Below, one piece after another: positions 19,285 to 27,357 of a DNA stretch of 64,000 nt (position 1 is the stretch's first letter; each line of letters starts with the position of its first letter). The stretch lies in contig DAOUCM010000094.1 of NCBI GenBank assembly GCA_034431895.1, positions 22,752 through 86,751 of the forward strand, read 5' to 3'. Both the position numbers and the translations under genes were made by a program. This DNA is from Anaerolineales bacterium (GTDB lineage Bacteria > Chloroflexota > Anaerolineae > Anaerolineales > Villigracilaceae). The notes beneath the pieces are model-generated. The model was given only the letters and a program-made list of their open reading frames with translations. It searched no databases and was not told the DNA's origin.

Positions 19285-19689
19285 TTACGCCATTTCGAAA
19301 CGTGGCCTGAATTTGTATCCGTACACAATCATCCCCCGTTCATCGCCATCATCCTTCATTTTCCGCGTGACCATCTCGACCGGCATCCCGATTTGTATTT
19401 CTGCCTCGCTCACATCGGTCAATTGTGCAGTGATCATGGGGCCTTCATCCAAGCGGACGAGCGCCACCGTATAAGGCGCATGACCATCGAAGCCGCTGGG
19501 CGCCTCGTAGATGGTCGTATAGGAATATACTTCGCCCTTGCCGCTGAACGTATACAGGGTTTTGGCTTCATCGCCGCAATTGGGGCAAACGTCGCGCGGC
19601 GGGAAAATCTTATAATCGCAATGAGGGCAAACTTCTCCAACCAAGCCGTAGCGTTGTTTCTTCAGCCGCCAGTGTCGTGGAATTTCCAT
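19285..19689 (-). CDS. Zn-ribbon/OB-fold (DUF35) protein, scaffold partner of archaeal-type thiolase and HMG-CoA synthase
   Basis: CPHC...CPNC rubredoxin-like ribbon followed by an OB fold (GEVYSYTTI...VALVRLDEGP). Confidence 0.85.
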   Translation of the reverse strand: MEIPRHWRLKKQRYGLVGEVCPHCDYKIFPPRDVCPNCGDEAKTLYTFSGKGEVYSYTTIYEAPSGFDGHAPYTVALVRLDEGPMITAQLTDVSEAEIQIGMPVEMVTRKMKDDGDERGMIVYGYKFRPRFEMA

Positions 19690-19800
19690 TTCGAGTTCTC
19701 CTGATTGATTTCGGTCTGTATTGTACGGCTTAGAACTATCAAGAACTATCAGGAATGCCGCTTTGCACGTTCGATAGCCTTTGCAAGGCCTGTCTTCTGC

Positions 19801-21027
19801 CTATACCATCTCCTCTGCGTTCGAAAGAATGTGGACGACCGCGGTGGAGGCCGGCCCGCCGAGCGATTGAATCAGCCCAAACTTGGCCCCCGCTACCTGG
19901 CACGCTTCGGCCTGACCCCGTAACTGGGTCGCTGCTTCGACGGCTTGATACACGCCCGTAGCGCCTCCTACGAAGCCGCGCGCCTTGAGTCCGCCCATCG
20001 TGGCGCAGGGCAGGCGGCGGTTCTCCGCTAGTTCGACTGCCGGCAGAACGGGAGCAGTATGCTCAACTGCCGGCGGAACGAGGGAGATGCGGCCATCGGC
20101 GGCCATCTTCCAACCCTGACCGCGAAGCGCAAATCCGCTGGCTTCCAAAGAGAGAGCAGCGTAAATCGAGAAGGCGTCGTGATACTCGAAGAAGTCAATC
20201 TGGTCGAGAGTAATGCCCGCCTGTTGGACGGCGCGGCTTGTGGCGAGGTAAGCCGCCTCGAAGAAGAGCACATCCTTGCGGTCGTGCAAGGCGAGCGTAT
20301 CGGAGGCGGTTGCGGAGGCGGCGATGCGGACGAGTGGATGAGGCCAATCGGACGGGAGCAACTCGCGGCGAGTCAGAACGAGGGCGGCGGCGCCGTCGGC
20401 GTTGGGAGCGGCGTCGAACATGTTCAGCGGAGGGGTGATCGGTTCGGCCTTCTGGTACGTCTCCAATTTGATGGCTTTGCGGAACATGGCGTTCGGATTT
20501 CCTGCGCCGTGGGCATGGGCGGTGAGAGCGAACCCCGCGAAGCCGTCGGGAGGCACCTGGTATTCGTGCATGTAGCGCTGCATGAGGAGCGCGGCCTGCG
20601 CAGCGGGGGTGATGCCCTGCTCCGATTCATAGTCGCTGTCGGCGGCAGTGGCAAGGGCCGCTTCCACGCCCGCGCCGATTTGGTCGGTCATCTTTTCCAC
20701 CCCGACGACCAGCGCCACATCCACCAGCCCGCTTTTGACGGCCAGGTAGCCCTGACGCAGCGCCGCGCCGCCCGACGCGCCCGCGGCCTCCACCGTGACG
20801 GCTTCGATGCCTGTCAGACCGGCAAAGTCCGCAAGCAGCGCGCCGAGGTGCGCTTGCCGCGAGAGATTGGGCGCCAGCATGTTGCCCACGAACATGGCTT
20901 GCGGTTTCAACCCGCCTGCGTCCTTGAGCGCCGCTTGGATGGCGAGAAAAGCAAGGTCACGCAGACCAATGTCCCAATGCTCGCCGACTTCCGTTTGTCC
21001 GATACCTGCAATGATGATGTCGCTCAT
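19801..21027 (-). CDS. Thiolase-domain protein (archaeal-type acetoacetyl-CoA thiolase)
   Basis: 408 aa with MSDIIIAGIGQT and a C-terminal GGATGVYQ...GGPAST thiolase signature. Its ATG overlaps the HNH gene stop (ATGA). Confidence 0.9.
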   Translation of the reverse strand: MSDIIIAGIGQTEVGEHWDIGLRDLAFLAIQAALKDAGGLKPQAMFVGNMLAPNLSRQAHLGALLADFAGLTGIEAVTVEAAGASGGAALRQGYLAVKSGLVDVALVVGVEKMTDQIGAGVEAALATAADSDYESEQGITPAAQAALLMQRYMHEYQVPPDGFAGFALTAHAHGAGNPNAMFRKAIKLETYQKAEPITPPLNMFDAAPNADGAAALVLTRRELLPSDWPHPLVRIAASATASDTLALHDRKDVLFFEAAYLATSRAVQQAGITLDQIDFFEYHDAFSIYAALSLEASGFALRGQGWKMAADGRISLVPPAVEHTAPVLPAVELAENRRLPCATMGGLKARGFVGGATGVYQAVEAATQLRGQAEACQVAGAKFGLIQSLGGPASTAVVHILSNAEEMV

Positions 21028-21452
21028 TTTGTATTCCGTTCAGGCGGATGCCACCCCGCTTCCACCCAGATCGCCCTGGCGCGGACGCGCAATTCGCTGT
21101 TGAGAGATAAGGCTTCCACTGTCGCACGTCCCACCGGTGTTTTGCCGACAATGATTGTGCCGTTCTCGCTCCAGGCGAAATGATCCGTCCATGCTTGCGT
21201 TCGGGGGTTGAACAAGGGGACGAGTTTGCCGCTTTCTGGATCCGCCGCTTCTGTCGAAATTCCTTTGGCCTCGTTGCACAGGCGGCACGAAAGCCACAGG
21301 TTTTCCTCTACACTTTGACCGCCGCTGGATTTTGGGAGGATGTGTTCCAGCGTCAATGGCACACCGCTGACAATTTCCTGCGTCTGGCAGTAGCCGCAGC
21401 GATGGCGTGCCTGTTTTGCGATGCGCCGACGTAACCCCGCAGCAACGGTCAA
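21024..21452 (-). CDS. HNH endonuclease (small McrA-like family common in cyanobacteria and Chloroflexi)
   Basis: CGYCQ...LEHILPKSSGG...NLWLSCRLCNEAK HNH core. C-terminal LFNPR...HFAWSENGTIIVGKTPVGRATVEALSLN...WVEAGWHPP. Apparent TTG start overlaps the upstream stop (TTGA). Confidence 0.85.
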   Translation of the reverse strand: MTVAAGLRRRIAKQARHRCGYCQTQEIVSGVPLTLEHILPKSSGGQSVEENLWLSCRLCNEAKGISTEAADPESGKLVPLFNPRTQAWTDHFAWSENGTIIVGKTPVGRATVEALSLNSELRVRARAIWVEAGWHPPERNTK

Positions 21453-21871
21453 CTCGATTTCCTCAATTCTTTGACCGTTGGCAGACGATACCCGCGCCGT
21501 TTGAGCAGGACAGCCGCATAGCCCTTTCGGAACGTCAACACATCCGCTTGGCGTCGCAGGGTATCGAGACGTTTTTTCTCCGCGTCCGTCAGCGGGGAAG
21601 ATCGTTTTTTGTCGAGCAAGGCCTCGTACTCTGCCCAGCGCTTCGGCGGGAAAACACGCTCCATCTCACGTTTCAACTCGGCGTCGTTCATTTTCAGCAG
21701 CGGAAATACATCCGGGTGGTATTGTTCGGGAATCTCTTCCAACAGCGGAGGTAGACTATGTGCCAGGCTTTGCGCGATGATGGCGTCTGGGGGCTGGCGC
21801 GAGAGCTCAGCGGCGCGTTTCAGATGGCGGTATAAGGGTTCAGGAAGATGAACGTTAATGGTGTGAGTCAT
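21449..21871 (-). CDS. Hypothetical small partner protein of the HNH gene (RHH/antitoxin-like N-terminus)
   Basis: MTHTINVHLPEPLYRHLKRAAELS N-terminus resembles ribbon-helix-helix antitoxins. A helical C-terminus ends in LLKRRGYRLPTV. Translationally coupled to the HNH gene. ATG 21871 is preferred over TTG 21895. Confidence 0.6.
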   Translation of the reverse strand: MTHTINVHLPEPLYRHLKRAAELSRQPPDAIIAQSLAHSLPPLLEEIPEQYHPDVFPLLKMNDAELKREMERVFPPKRWAEYEALLDKKRSSPLTDAEKKRLDTLRRQADVLTFRKGYAAVLLKRRGYRLPTVKELRKSS

Positions 21872-21972
21872 GCCGTTTCTAACCTTTCGTTTCAATGCGA
21901 GGAATTATACAGCATGGTGAGGTACACAGGTAAACACGCACACACGTAAACAGTCGCGGAACGTGTACCTGT

Positions 21973-23061
21973 CTACTTCATCGTAATCTTCCCGCGCATC
22001 CGCGCATACGTTGCGTAGTCAATCTCTGTTCGCCGCGCAATGTAATCTTGTGTTTTCAGGGCTTTGCCTTGACGTTCGGTAATTTTGTCGGTGACGGTCA
22101 GGTCGAAGGCGTCGGAGCCGGCGCCGGAGCCGAAGGAGGCCAGCAGGATGCGGTCGCCAGGTCGAGCGATGTCGAGAATCGCCGTCAGCCCGATGATGGA
22201 CGACCCCGAGTAGGTGTTGCCGATGACGGGGACGAGCAGTCCAGGAGCGATCTGTTCGGAGGTGAAGCCCAGCATTTGCGCGGCGCGTTGCGGGAACTTG
22301 GTGTTGGGCTGGTGGAAGACCGCCCACGTGTAGTCCTTGGCGGTGGTGCCAAGCGCTTCCATCAGCGTTTTTGCAGAGGAGGTGATGTGATGGAAGTAGG
22401 CGGGCTCACCCGTGAAGCGGACACCGTGTTCGGGGTACTTCTGATACTCGCGCCGCCAGAAGTCGGGTGTATCGGTGACGTAGGAGTACGAGGCGTTGAT
22501 GACCGCCAGCGCGTTCTCGGCCGGACCCAGGATGTAGGCCGCGCCGCCCGCTGCAGCGGTGTACTCGAGCGCGTCGCCGGGCTTGCCTTGGGCGGTGTCC
22601 ATGCCGATGGCGAGGGCATAATCGGCCATTTTCGAACCGACGAATCCTATCGCGGCAACGATGGCTTCCGTTCCCGCTTTGCAGGCGAATTCCCAGTCGC
22701 CCGCCTGGATGCTGGCAGATGCGCCAATGGCTTCGGCGACGACGGTAGAGGTGGGTTTGACCGCATACGGATGCGACTCAGACCCGACCCAAATGGCGCG
22801 CAACTCGGCGGGGGCGATGCCCGCACGGGCCAGGGCGTTCCGTGCCGCTTCGATGGACATGGTGATTACATCTTCATCCAGCCCAGGGACGGCTTTCTCT
22901 TTGATGGGCAGGCCGGCAGACTTGCCGCCTGTCCACACGCGCGCCACTTCTTTGGCAGGCAGACGAAAACGCGGCACGTATGCGCCGTAGCCGATGATAC
23001 CGACCGGGCGAGAGGGGCGGAGGAGGGTGGGGGAGGAGGTTTGAGATGTAGAGGTTGTCAT
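21973..23061 (-). CDS. Hydroxymethylglutaryl-CoA synthase (archaeal type)
   Basis: [15 protein letters not shown], active-site-like EFACKAGT, and GNTYSGSS near the C-terminus. Start set at ATG 23061. The ORF is open to 23118. Confidence 0.9.
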   Translation of the reverse strand: MTTSTSQTSSPTLLRPSRPVGIIGYGAYVPRFRLPAKEVARVWTGGKSAGLPIKEKAVPGLDEDVITMSIEAARNALARAGIAPAELRAIWVGSESHPYAVKPTSTVVAEAIGASASIQAGDWEFACKAGTEAIVAAIGFVGSKMADYALAIGMDTAQGKPGDALEYTAAAGGAAYILGPAENALAVINASYSYVTDTPDFWRREYQKYPEHGVRFTGEPAYFHHITSSAKTLMEALGTTAKDYTWAVFHQPNTKFPQRAAQMLGFTSEQIAPGLLVPVIGNTYSGSSIIGLTAILDIARPGDRILLASFGSGAGSDAFDLTVTDKITERQGKALKTQDYIARRTEIDYATYARMRGKITMK

Positions 23062-23307
23062 GATCATTCCTTGTACGAACGGATGGTGGTCAGCGGATGA
23101 ACGGATGGAGGGCGGCAAATCCGTTTATCCGTTAGGCATCCGCTGGTCAGGGTGGTCAGCGCGGGCATGAAGGTTTGAGATAATCGGGCATAGTGTAGTC
23201 CTATGACGCCCATCATACTTAGGCCATCCAATCAACTACTCTCAAATTGGGGGTCTGCTCGAAAGTTGTCGGCAAGTCATTTATGTCGAGCGTCTGCCTG
23301 CGCGTGT

Positions 23308-24189
23308 TCATTCCCTGTCGTGGCTGGCTTTCAATGGCTTGAAGCCCTCTCCAATGGCCTCGTGCGCTATCCCAATGACCATGAAAGCCTGTGGATCGGT
23401 CTCCTGGACGATGGCCTTGATTTGGGCAATCTCAGAGCGGGAGACCACACAATACAGAATGGGGCGTTGGGCGCCGGTGTAGGCGCCCGTGCCAGAAAGG
23501 ACCGTCACGCCGCGTTCCAAGTGGGTGAGAATCTGCTCGGCGATCGCCTGTGGCTGTGAAGTGACGATCATGGCCGTGCGGGCGGTTTCGGAGCCTTCCA
23601 AGACCGTCTCTGCCACCAGGCCGCTGACATACAGGGTGACAATGGCATATAGCGCCTGTTTCCAACCAAAGATAAAGCCGGCTGCCAGGATGACCGCCGA
23701 ATCTACCATCAGGTAACTTTGCGACATGGTCACATTGCGCCAATGGTTTAGGATGCGCGCCAGGATATCCGAACCGCCGCTGGTGCCGCGCGCGCGATAG
23801 ACCAATCCATAGCCAACGCCGCTGACGACTGCGCCATAGAGCGAATTGAGGAAGATGTCATCGGTCAAACCGTTGGCAGGGAAGAACGGCAGCCATAATA
23901 AGGCGTCCACAGCCAGCGAATAAACCATGATGGCAATGGCCGTGCGCGTTGCAAATCGTTGTCCGCCCAAGAAACGCCAGCCAAGCAGAAAGAGCGGCAC
24001 GTTCCCGATGAAGACCATCAACCCAATCGGCCAGCCGGTAAAATGATGGACGAGTTGCGCAATCCCGCTGACGCCGCCTGAAGCCAGTTGCGCTGGCACA
24101 AGGAAGAGGCGCAGGCCCACTGCTTGCGTCAAGGCGCCCAACGCAATCAGCCCATAATCGCGGAATACGATCCAGCCACGCTCACGCAT
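23308..24189 (-). CDS. YitT-family membrane protein (DUF2179 C-terminal domain)
   Basis: N-terminal polytopic region (FLVPAQLASGGVSGIAQL) plus a C-terminal DUF2179-like region (TAMIVTSQPQAIAEQI...GTGAYTG). Confidence 0.85.
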   Translation of the reverse strand: MRERGWIVFRDYGLIALGALTQAVGLRLFLVPAQLASGGVSGIAQLVHHFTGWPIGLMVFIGNVPLFLLGWRFLGGQRFATRTAIAIMVYSLAVDALLWLPFFPANGLTDDIFLNSLYGAVVSGVGYGLVYRARGTSGGSDILARILNHWRNVTMSQSYLMVDSAVILAAGFIFGWKQALYAIVTLYVSGLVAETVLEGSETARTAMIVTSQPQAIAEQILTHLERGVTVLSGTGAYTGAQRPILYCVVSRSEIAQIKAIVQETDPQAFMVIGIAHEAIGEGFKPLKASHDRE

Positions 24190-25072
24190 CTAACAAACCT
24201 ATGCCTGCAAGTTTTTCGATGACGCCGATGACGGCCGAGTTGTCCAATTCGGCCATCCCCATTTGCAGCATGGCGTTGAACAGTTGAGTATGTTCCGCCG
24301 CTGCTGGCAGTGGGATGCCGTATTCGCGCGCTGTTTCCATCACGATGTTCAGGTCTTTGGCCTGCATGTAGGCTTTGAAACCAGGCTGCCGATTGCCGTC
24401 GAACAGGCGGGGCGGTTTGACATCCAGCGTCCAACATTGCGCAGCGCCGGCTTTGATGGCCTCGACGACTTTTTTCGGGTCCACCCCAGCCTTCTTCGAA
24501 AAAATCATCAGTTCGCCCATGGCCACCATTTGCGCGGCCACCATAATTTGATTGGCCGCTTTGGCGACCTGACCGGCGCCGGCTGCGCCAACGTGGGTGA
24601 TGGTCTTGCCCATGGCTTGCAAGACAGGCATGACCTTTTCCAGCGCAGCCGCCTCGCCGCCGACCATAATCGTCAGGGTGGCGTTGCGCGCGCCAATGTC
24701 CCCGCCGGAGACGGGCGCATCCAGCGCCAGCGCGCCCTTTTCGGCCAGTTTGGCGGCAATCAGGCGAGCAGTTGCGGGTTTGATGGTGCTGTTGTCCACA
24801 TAGACCAGCCCGCGGCGCGCCGCCTCGAGGATGCCGTGGCTACCCAACACCACGCTTTCGACATCGGGAGAGTCTGGCAAGTTGGTGAACACCACATCTA
24901 CCTGCCCGGCTACTTCAGCCGGCGAAAAGGCCTCTTTTGCGCCTTCCGCTACCAGTTCTGCCACGGCTGCGCGGCTGCGATTGTGTACCACGAGCGGGAA
25001 ACCTGCCTTCAAGATATTCCGCGCAATGGATTTACCCATCAGTCCAAGACCGATATAACCTACTTTCAGCAT
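24182..25072 (-). CDS. NAD(P)-dependent 3-hydroxyisobutyrate / 2-hydroxy-3-oxopropionate reductase family oxidoreductase
   Basis: Rossmann start VGYIGLGLMGKSIARN, DAPVSGG and catalytic Lys region (AGAGQVAKAANQ). Confidence 0.9.
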   Translation of the reverse strand: MLKVGYIGLGLMGKSIARNILKAGFPLVVHNRSRAAVAELVAEGAKEAFSPAEVAGQVDVVFTNLPDSPDVESVVLGSHGILEAARRGLVYVDNSTIKPATARLIAAKLAEKGALALDAPVSGGDIGARNATLTIMVGGEAAALEKVMPVLQAMGKTITHVGAAGAGQVAKAANQIMVAAQMVAMGELMIFSKKAGVDPKKVVEAIKAGAAQCWTLDVKPPRLFDGNRQPGFKAYMQAKDLNIVMETAREYGIPLPAAAEHTQLFNAMLQMGMAELDNSAVIGVIEKLAGIGLLDA

Positions 25073-25309
25073 AGTTGAATTCCTCTTCTCTCCATGAAAT
25101 AGAGTCGTGGTATCATCTCACTATATTGGGGCGCGGGGTGTTTTGGGCGTGGGCAGCACGTCATCCCCGCTCCCCTTTCTTTTTGAGAAGATACGAGTTG
25201 TGCATTGATTATATCTGAGATGCCAAGAGCCAAAATGTCCTCTCGAAAACACGGGTGGAGACTGACGGCTGGCGGTCAATTCTTGCTTTGATTTGCGTCT
25301 GGAGGCTGC

Positions 25310-26200
25310 GTGATGAAAAAAGGTCTTCTTTATGCATTGGGCGCTTATAGCATTTGGGGATTGTTTCCGCTTTACTGGAAGTTGGTCAAGGACGTTCCGG
25401 CTTTGCAAATCATTGGACATCGCATTGCCTGGTCATTCGTTTTACTGGTTTTGGTCGTTTTGGCGGCCGGGCAAGGGAGGCAAATCCGTTCTTCCCTGAC
25501 CCGCCGCGTGCTGGCCGTTTATTTGGCCACCGGCCTGCTCTTGAGCGTCAATTGGCTGATTTATGTTTGGGGCGTCAACGAAGGATATATTGTGGAGACG
25601 AGCCTGGGATATTTCATCAACCCCTTGTTGAGCGTGCTGCTGGGGGTGGTTTTTCTGCGCGAGCGGTTGCGGCTGGCCCAATGGTTGCCGATTAGCCTGG
25701 CTGCAGCAGGGGTGGTTTATTTGACTTTTACCTATGGCCGCTTGCCGTGGATTGCGCTTTCTCTGGCTCTTTCATTTGGGTTATATGGTTTGGTGAAGAA
25801 ATTGGCGCCGCTGGGTTCTCTGCATGGCTTGACGCTCGAAACTGGCATGGTGTTCATTCCGGCAGCAGGATATCTTTTGTGGGCAGAACTTGGAGGCGAG
25901 GGGCACTTTTTGCATGACGGTTTGGCAACCGATTTGTTCTTGATGGGCGCTGGCGTTGTGACGACCATTCCCTTGCTCATGTTTGCCTCGGCGGTGCAGC
26001 GCATTCCACTCACAATGATAGGGTTGATGCAGTATATTGCGCCCACCATTCAGTTTTTGATCGGCGTGTTGGTGTACAAAGAGCCTTTCGATCAGACGCG
26101 CTTGTTGGGGTTTAGCCTGGTGTGGGTAGCGTTGGTCCTCTTTTGGGCAGAGGGATTTTGGGCGCATCATTCTCAACCAGCCATGGCGCCGGCAGATTGA
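25310..26200 (+). CDS. rarD: EamA/RarD-family transporter
   Basis: GLLYALGAYSIWGLFPLYWK N-terminus and 10 TM segments, typical of RarD. Confidence 0.8.
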   Translation: MMKKGLLYALGAYSIWGLFPLYWKLVKDVPALQIIGHRIAWSFVLLVLVVLAAGQGRQIRSSLTRRVLAVYLATGLLLSVNWLIYVWGVNEGYIVETSLGYFINPLLSVLLGVVFLRERLRLAQWLPISLAAAGVVYLTFTYGRLPWIALSLALSFGLYGLVKKLAPLGSLHGLTLETGMVFIPAAGYLLWAELGGEGHFLHDGLATDLFLMGAGVVTTIPLLMFASAVQRIPLTMIGLMQYIAPTIQFLIGVLVYKEPFDQTRLLGFSLVWVALVLFWAEGFWAHHSQPAMAPAD

Positions 26201-26276
26201 GGGGCCGGGCTATTTTGGCCTCATGTCTGGCGAAATTATTTGTTCCGATATTTTCGATTTGGTAAAGCAAAGTCAT

Positions 26277-26621
26277 TCAGCCAATCGGATGCTTCATCCG
26301 TTGCCCGCCCAGCAAGTGCATGTGAAGATGGGACACAATCTGCCCGCCGTGTGCGCCAGTGTTGACAATCAAGCGATAGCCATCAGTTTGCAGGCCCTCT
26401 TGTGCTGCGAGTCGTTGTGCAACGATGAAAAGCCGCCCTAGTGCGGGTTCGTCTTCTGGCTCGACCTGATTGACCGACGCAATGTGCTTGTTGGGGATGA
26501 TCAGGATGTGCGTGGGCGCTACGGGGTGAATGTCATGGAAAGCAGTCACTAACTCGTCTTGGTAAACGATCTTGGCAGGCGCTTCCCCCTTCAGTATCTT
26601 GCAAAAAATACAGTTCGACAT
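26277..26621 (-). CDS. HIT-family (histidine triad) nucleotide hydrolase
   Basis: MSNCIFCKI... start at ATG 26621. HVPVHxHxHxx-type motif HLHMHLLGG. The ORF extension to 26789 is unrelated sequence. Confidence 0.9.
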   Translation of the reverse strand: MSNCIFCKILKGEAPAKIVYQDELVTAFHDIHPVAPTHILIIPNKHIASVNQVEPEDEPALGRLFIVAQRLAAQEGLQTDGYRLIVNTGAHGGQIVSHLHMHLLGGQRMKHPIG

Positions 26622-26780
26622 TTCATCGTTTGTGCAAATCTGGGTTTGCACCGCCGTTCCCGTGCAAGCGTCAGTCTGCCCTGGAGGGATGCCAGGGAAC
26701 AAGTAACTGCGGTGCAACGCCAGTTTGGTCTCGGCCGGAGGCCGCGCCATGAATATTCTGAACGGCTTTCGAAAATGAGA

Positions 26781-26824
26781 GCGCGCCAAACCGATAGGAT
26801 GGCAGTCTCACCGCTTTGGCGCGC
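26781..26824 (-). terminator. Stem-loop (10-bp stem GCGCGCCAAA/TTTGGCGCGC, 24-nt loop) after the cNMP-binding gene
   Basis: Read directly. On the minus strand it is followed by TCTCATTTTCG. The large loop makes it an atypical terminator. Confidence 0.35.
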
Positions 26825-26838
26825 CCACGAGCGGGCGT

Positions 26839-27306
26839 TCAGTTCTTTGCGGCCACGAGTTGCGTGCGAGTATGTTGCAGGCGTTCCAGGCTGGCTTTGG
26901 CTACGGCTCGCATCAGACCATAAGAAAGTTTCAAGTCCACTTCACAGAGCGCCCGCAGGGCCGAGGCGTTGATTGCAATGACGCGGCAGGCTTTATCTAC
27001 GCGCACCGTGGATGTATAAACATAGGGTTCGATCAGGGCTGAAATGCCAAAGATTTCACCGGGATTGAAATCGCTGATGAAGTATTCCTTTTTGTAATCT
27101 GGATCATTTTCGCTAGTCACTACGTAGTAGTAGGATGCTCCTCCCTCTACTAAGAAATAGAGCGTGTCGGCAGGGCTGTTGTACTCTACAATGATTTCGC
27201 CTGCTTTGTATGACTTATCTTCGGCAATCATGGAAAGCGCTTTGAGTTGCGCATCGTCCATGAAGCCAAAGAACGGATAGCGGCGTAAGAGTTCGGGTGA
27301 GATCAT
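26839..27306 (-). CDS. Stand-alone cyclic-nucleotide-binding domain protein (no DNA-binding domain)
   Basis: 155 aa. cNMP beta-barrel pattern (YKAGEIIVEYN...LYFLVEG...PGEIFGISALI). AGGAGG before the ATG. Lies 51 nt after the fdhA stop. Confidence 0.8.
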   Translation of the reverse strand: MISPELLRRYPFFGFMDDAQLKALSMIAEDKSYKAGEIIVEYNSPADTLYFLVEGGASYYYVVTSENDPDYKKEYFISDFNPGEIFGISALIEPYVYTSTVRVDKACRVIAINASALRALCEVDLKLSYGLMRAVAKASLERLQHTRTQLVAAKN

Positions 27307-27357
27307 GAGTAACCTCCTGGTAGAGTAGTTGAATGTAGTTTTAGCATATTTGGTTAA

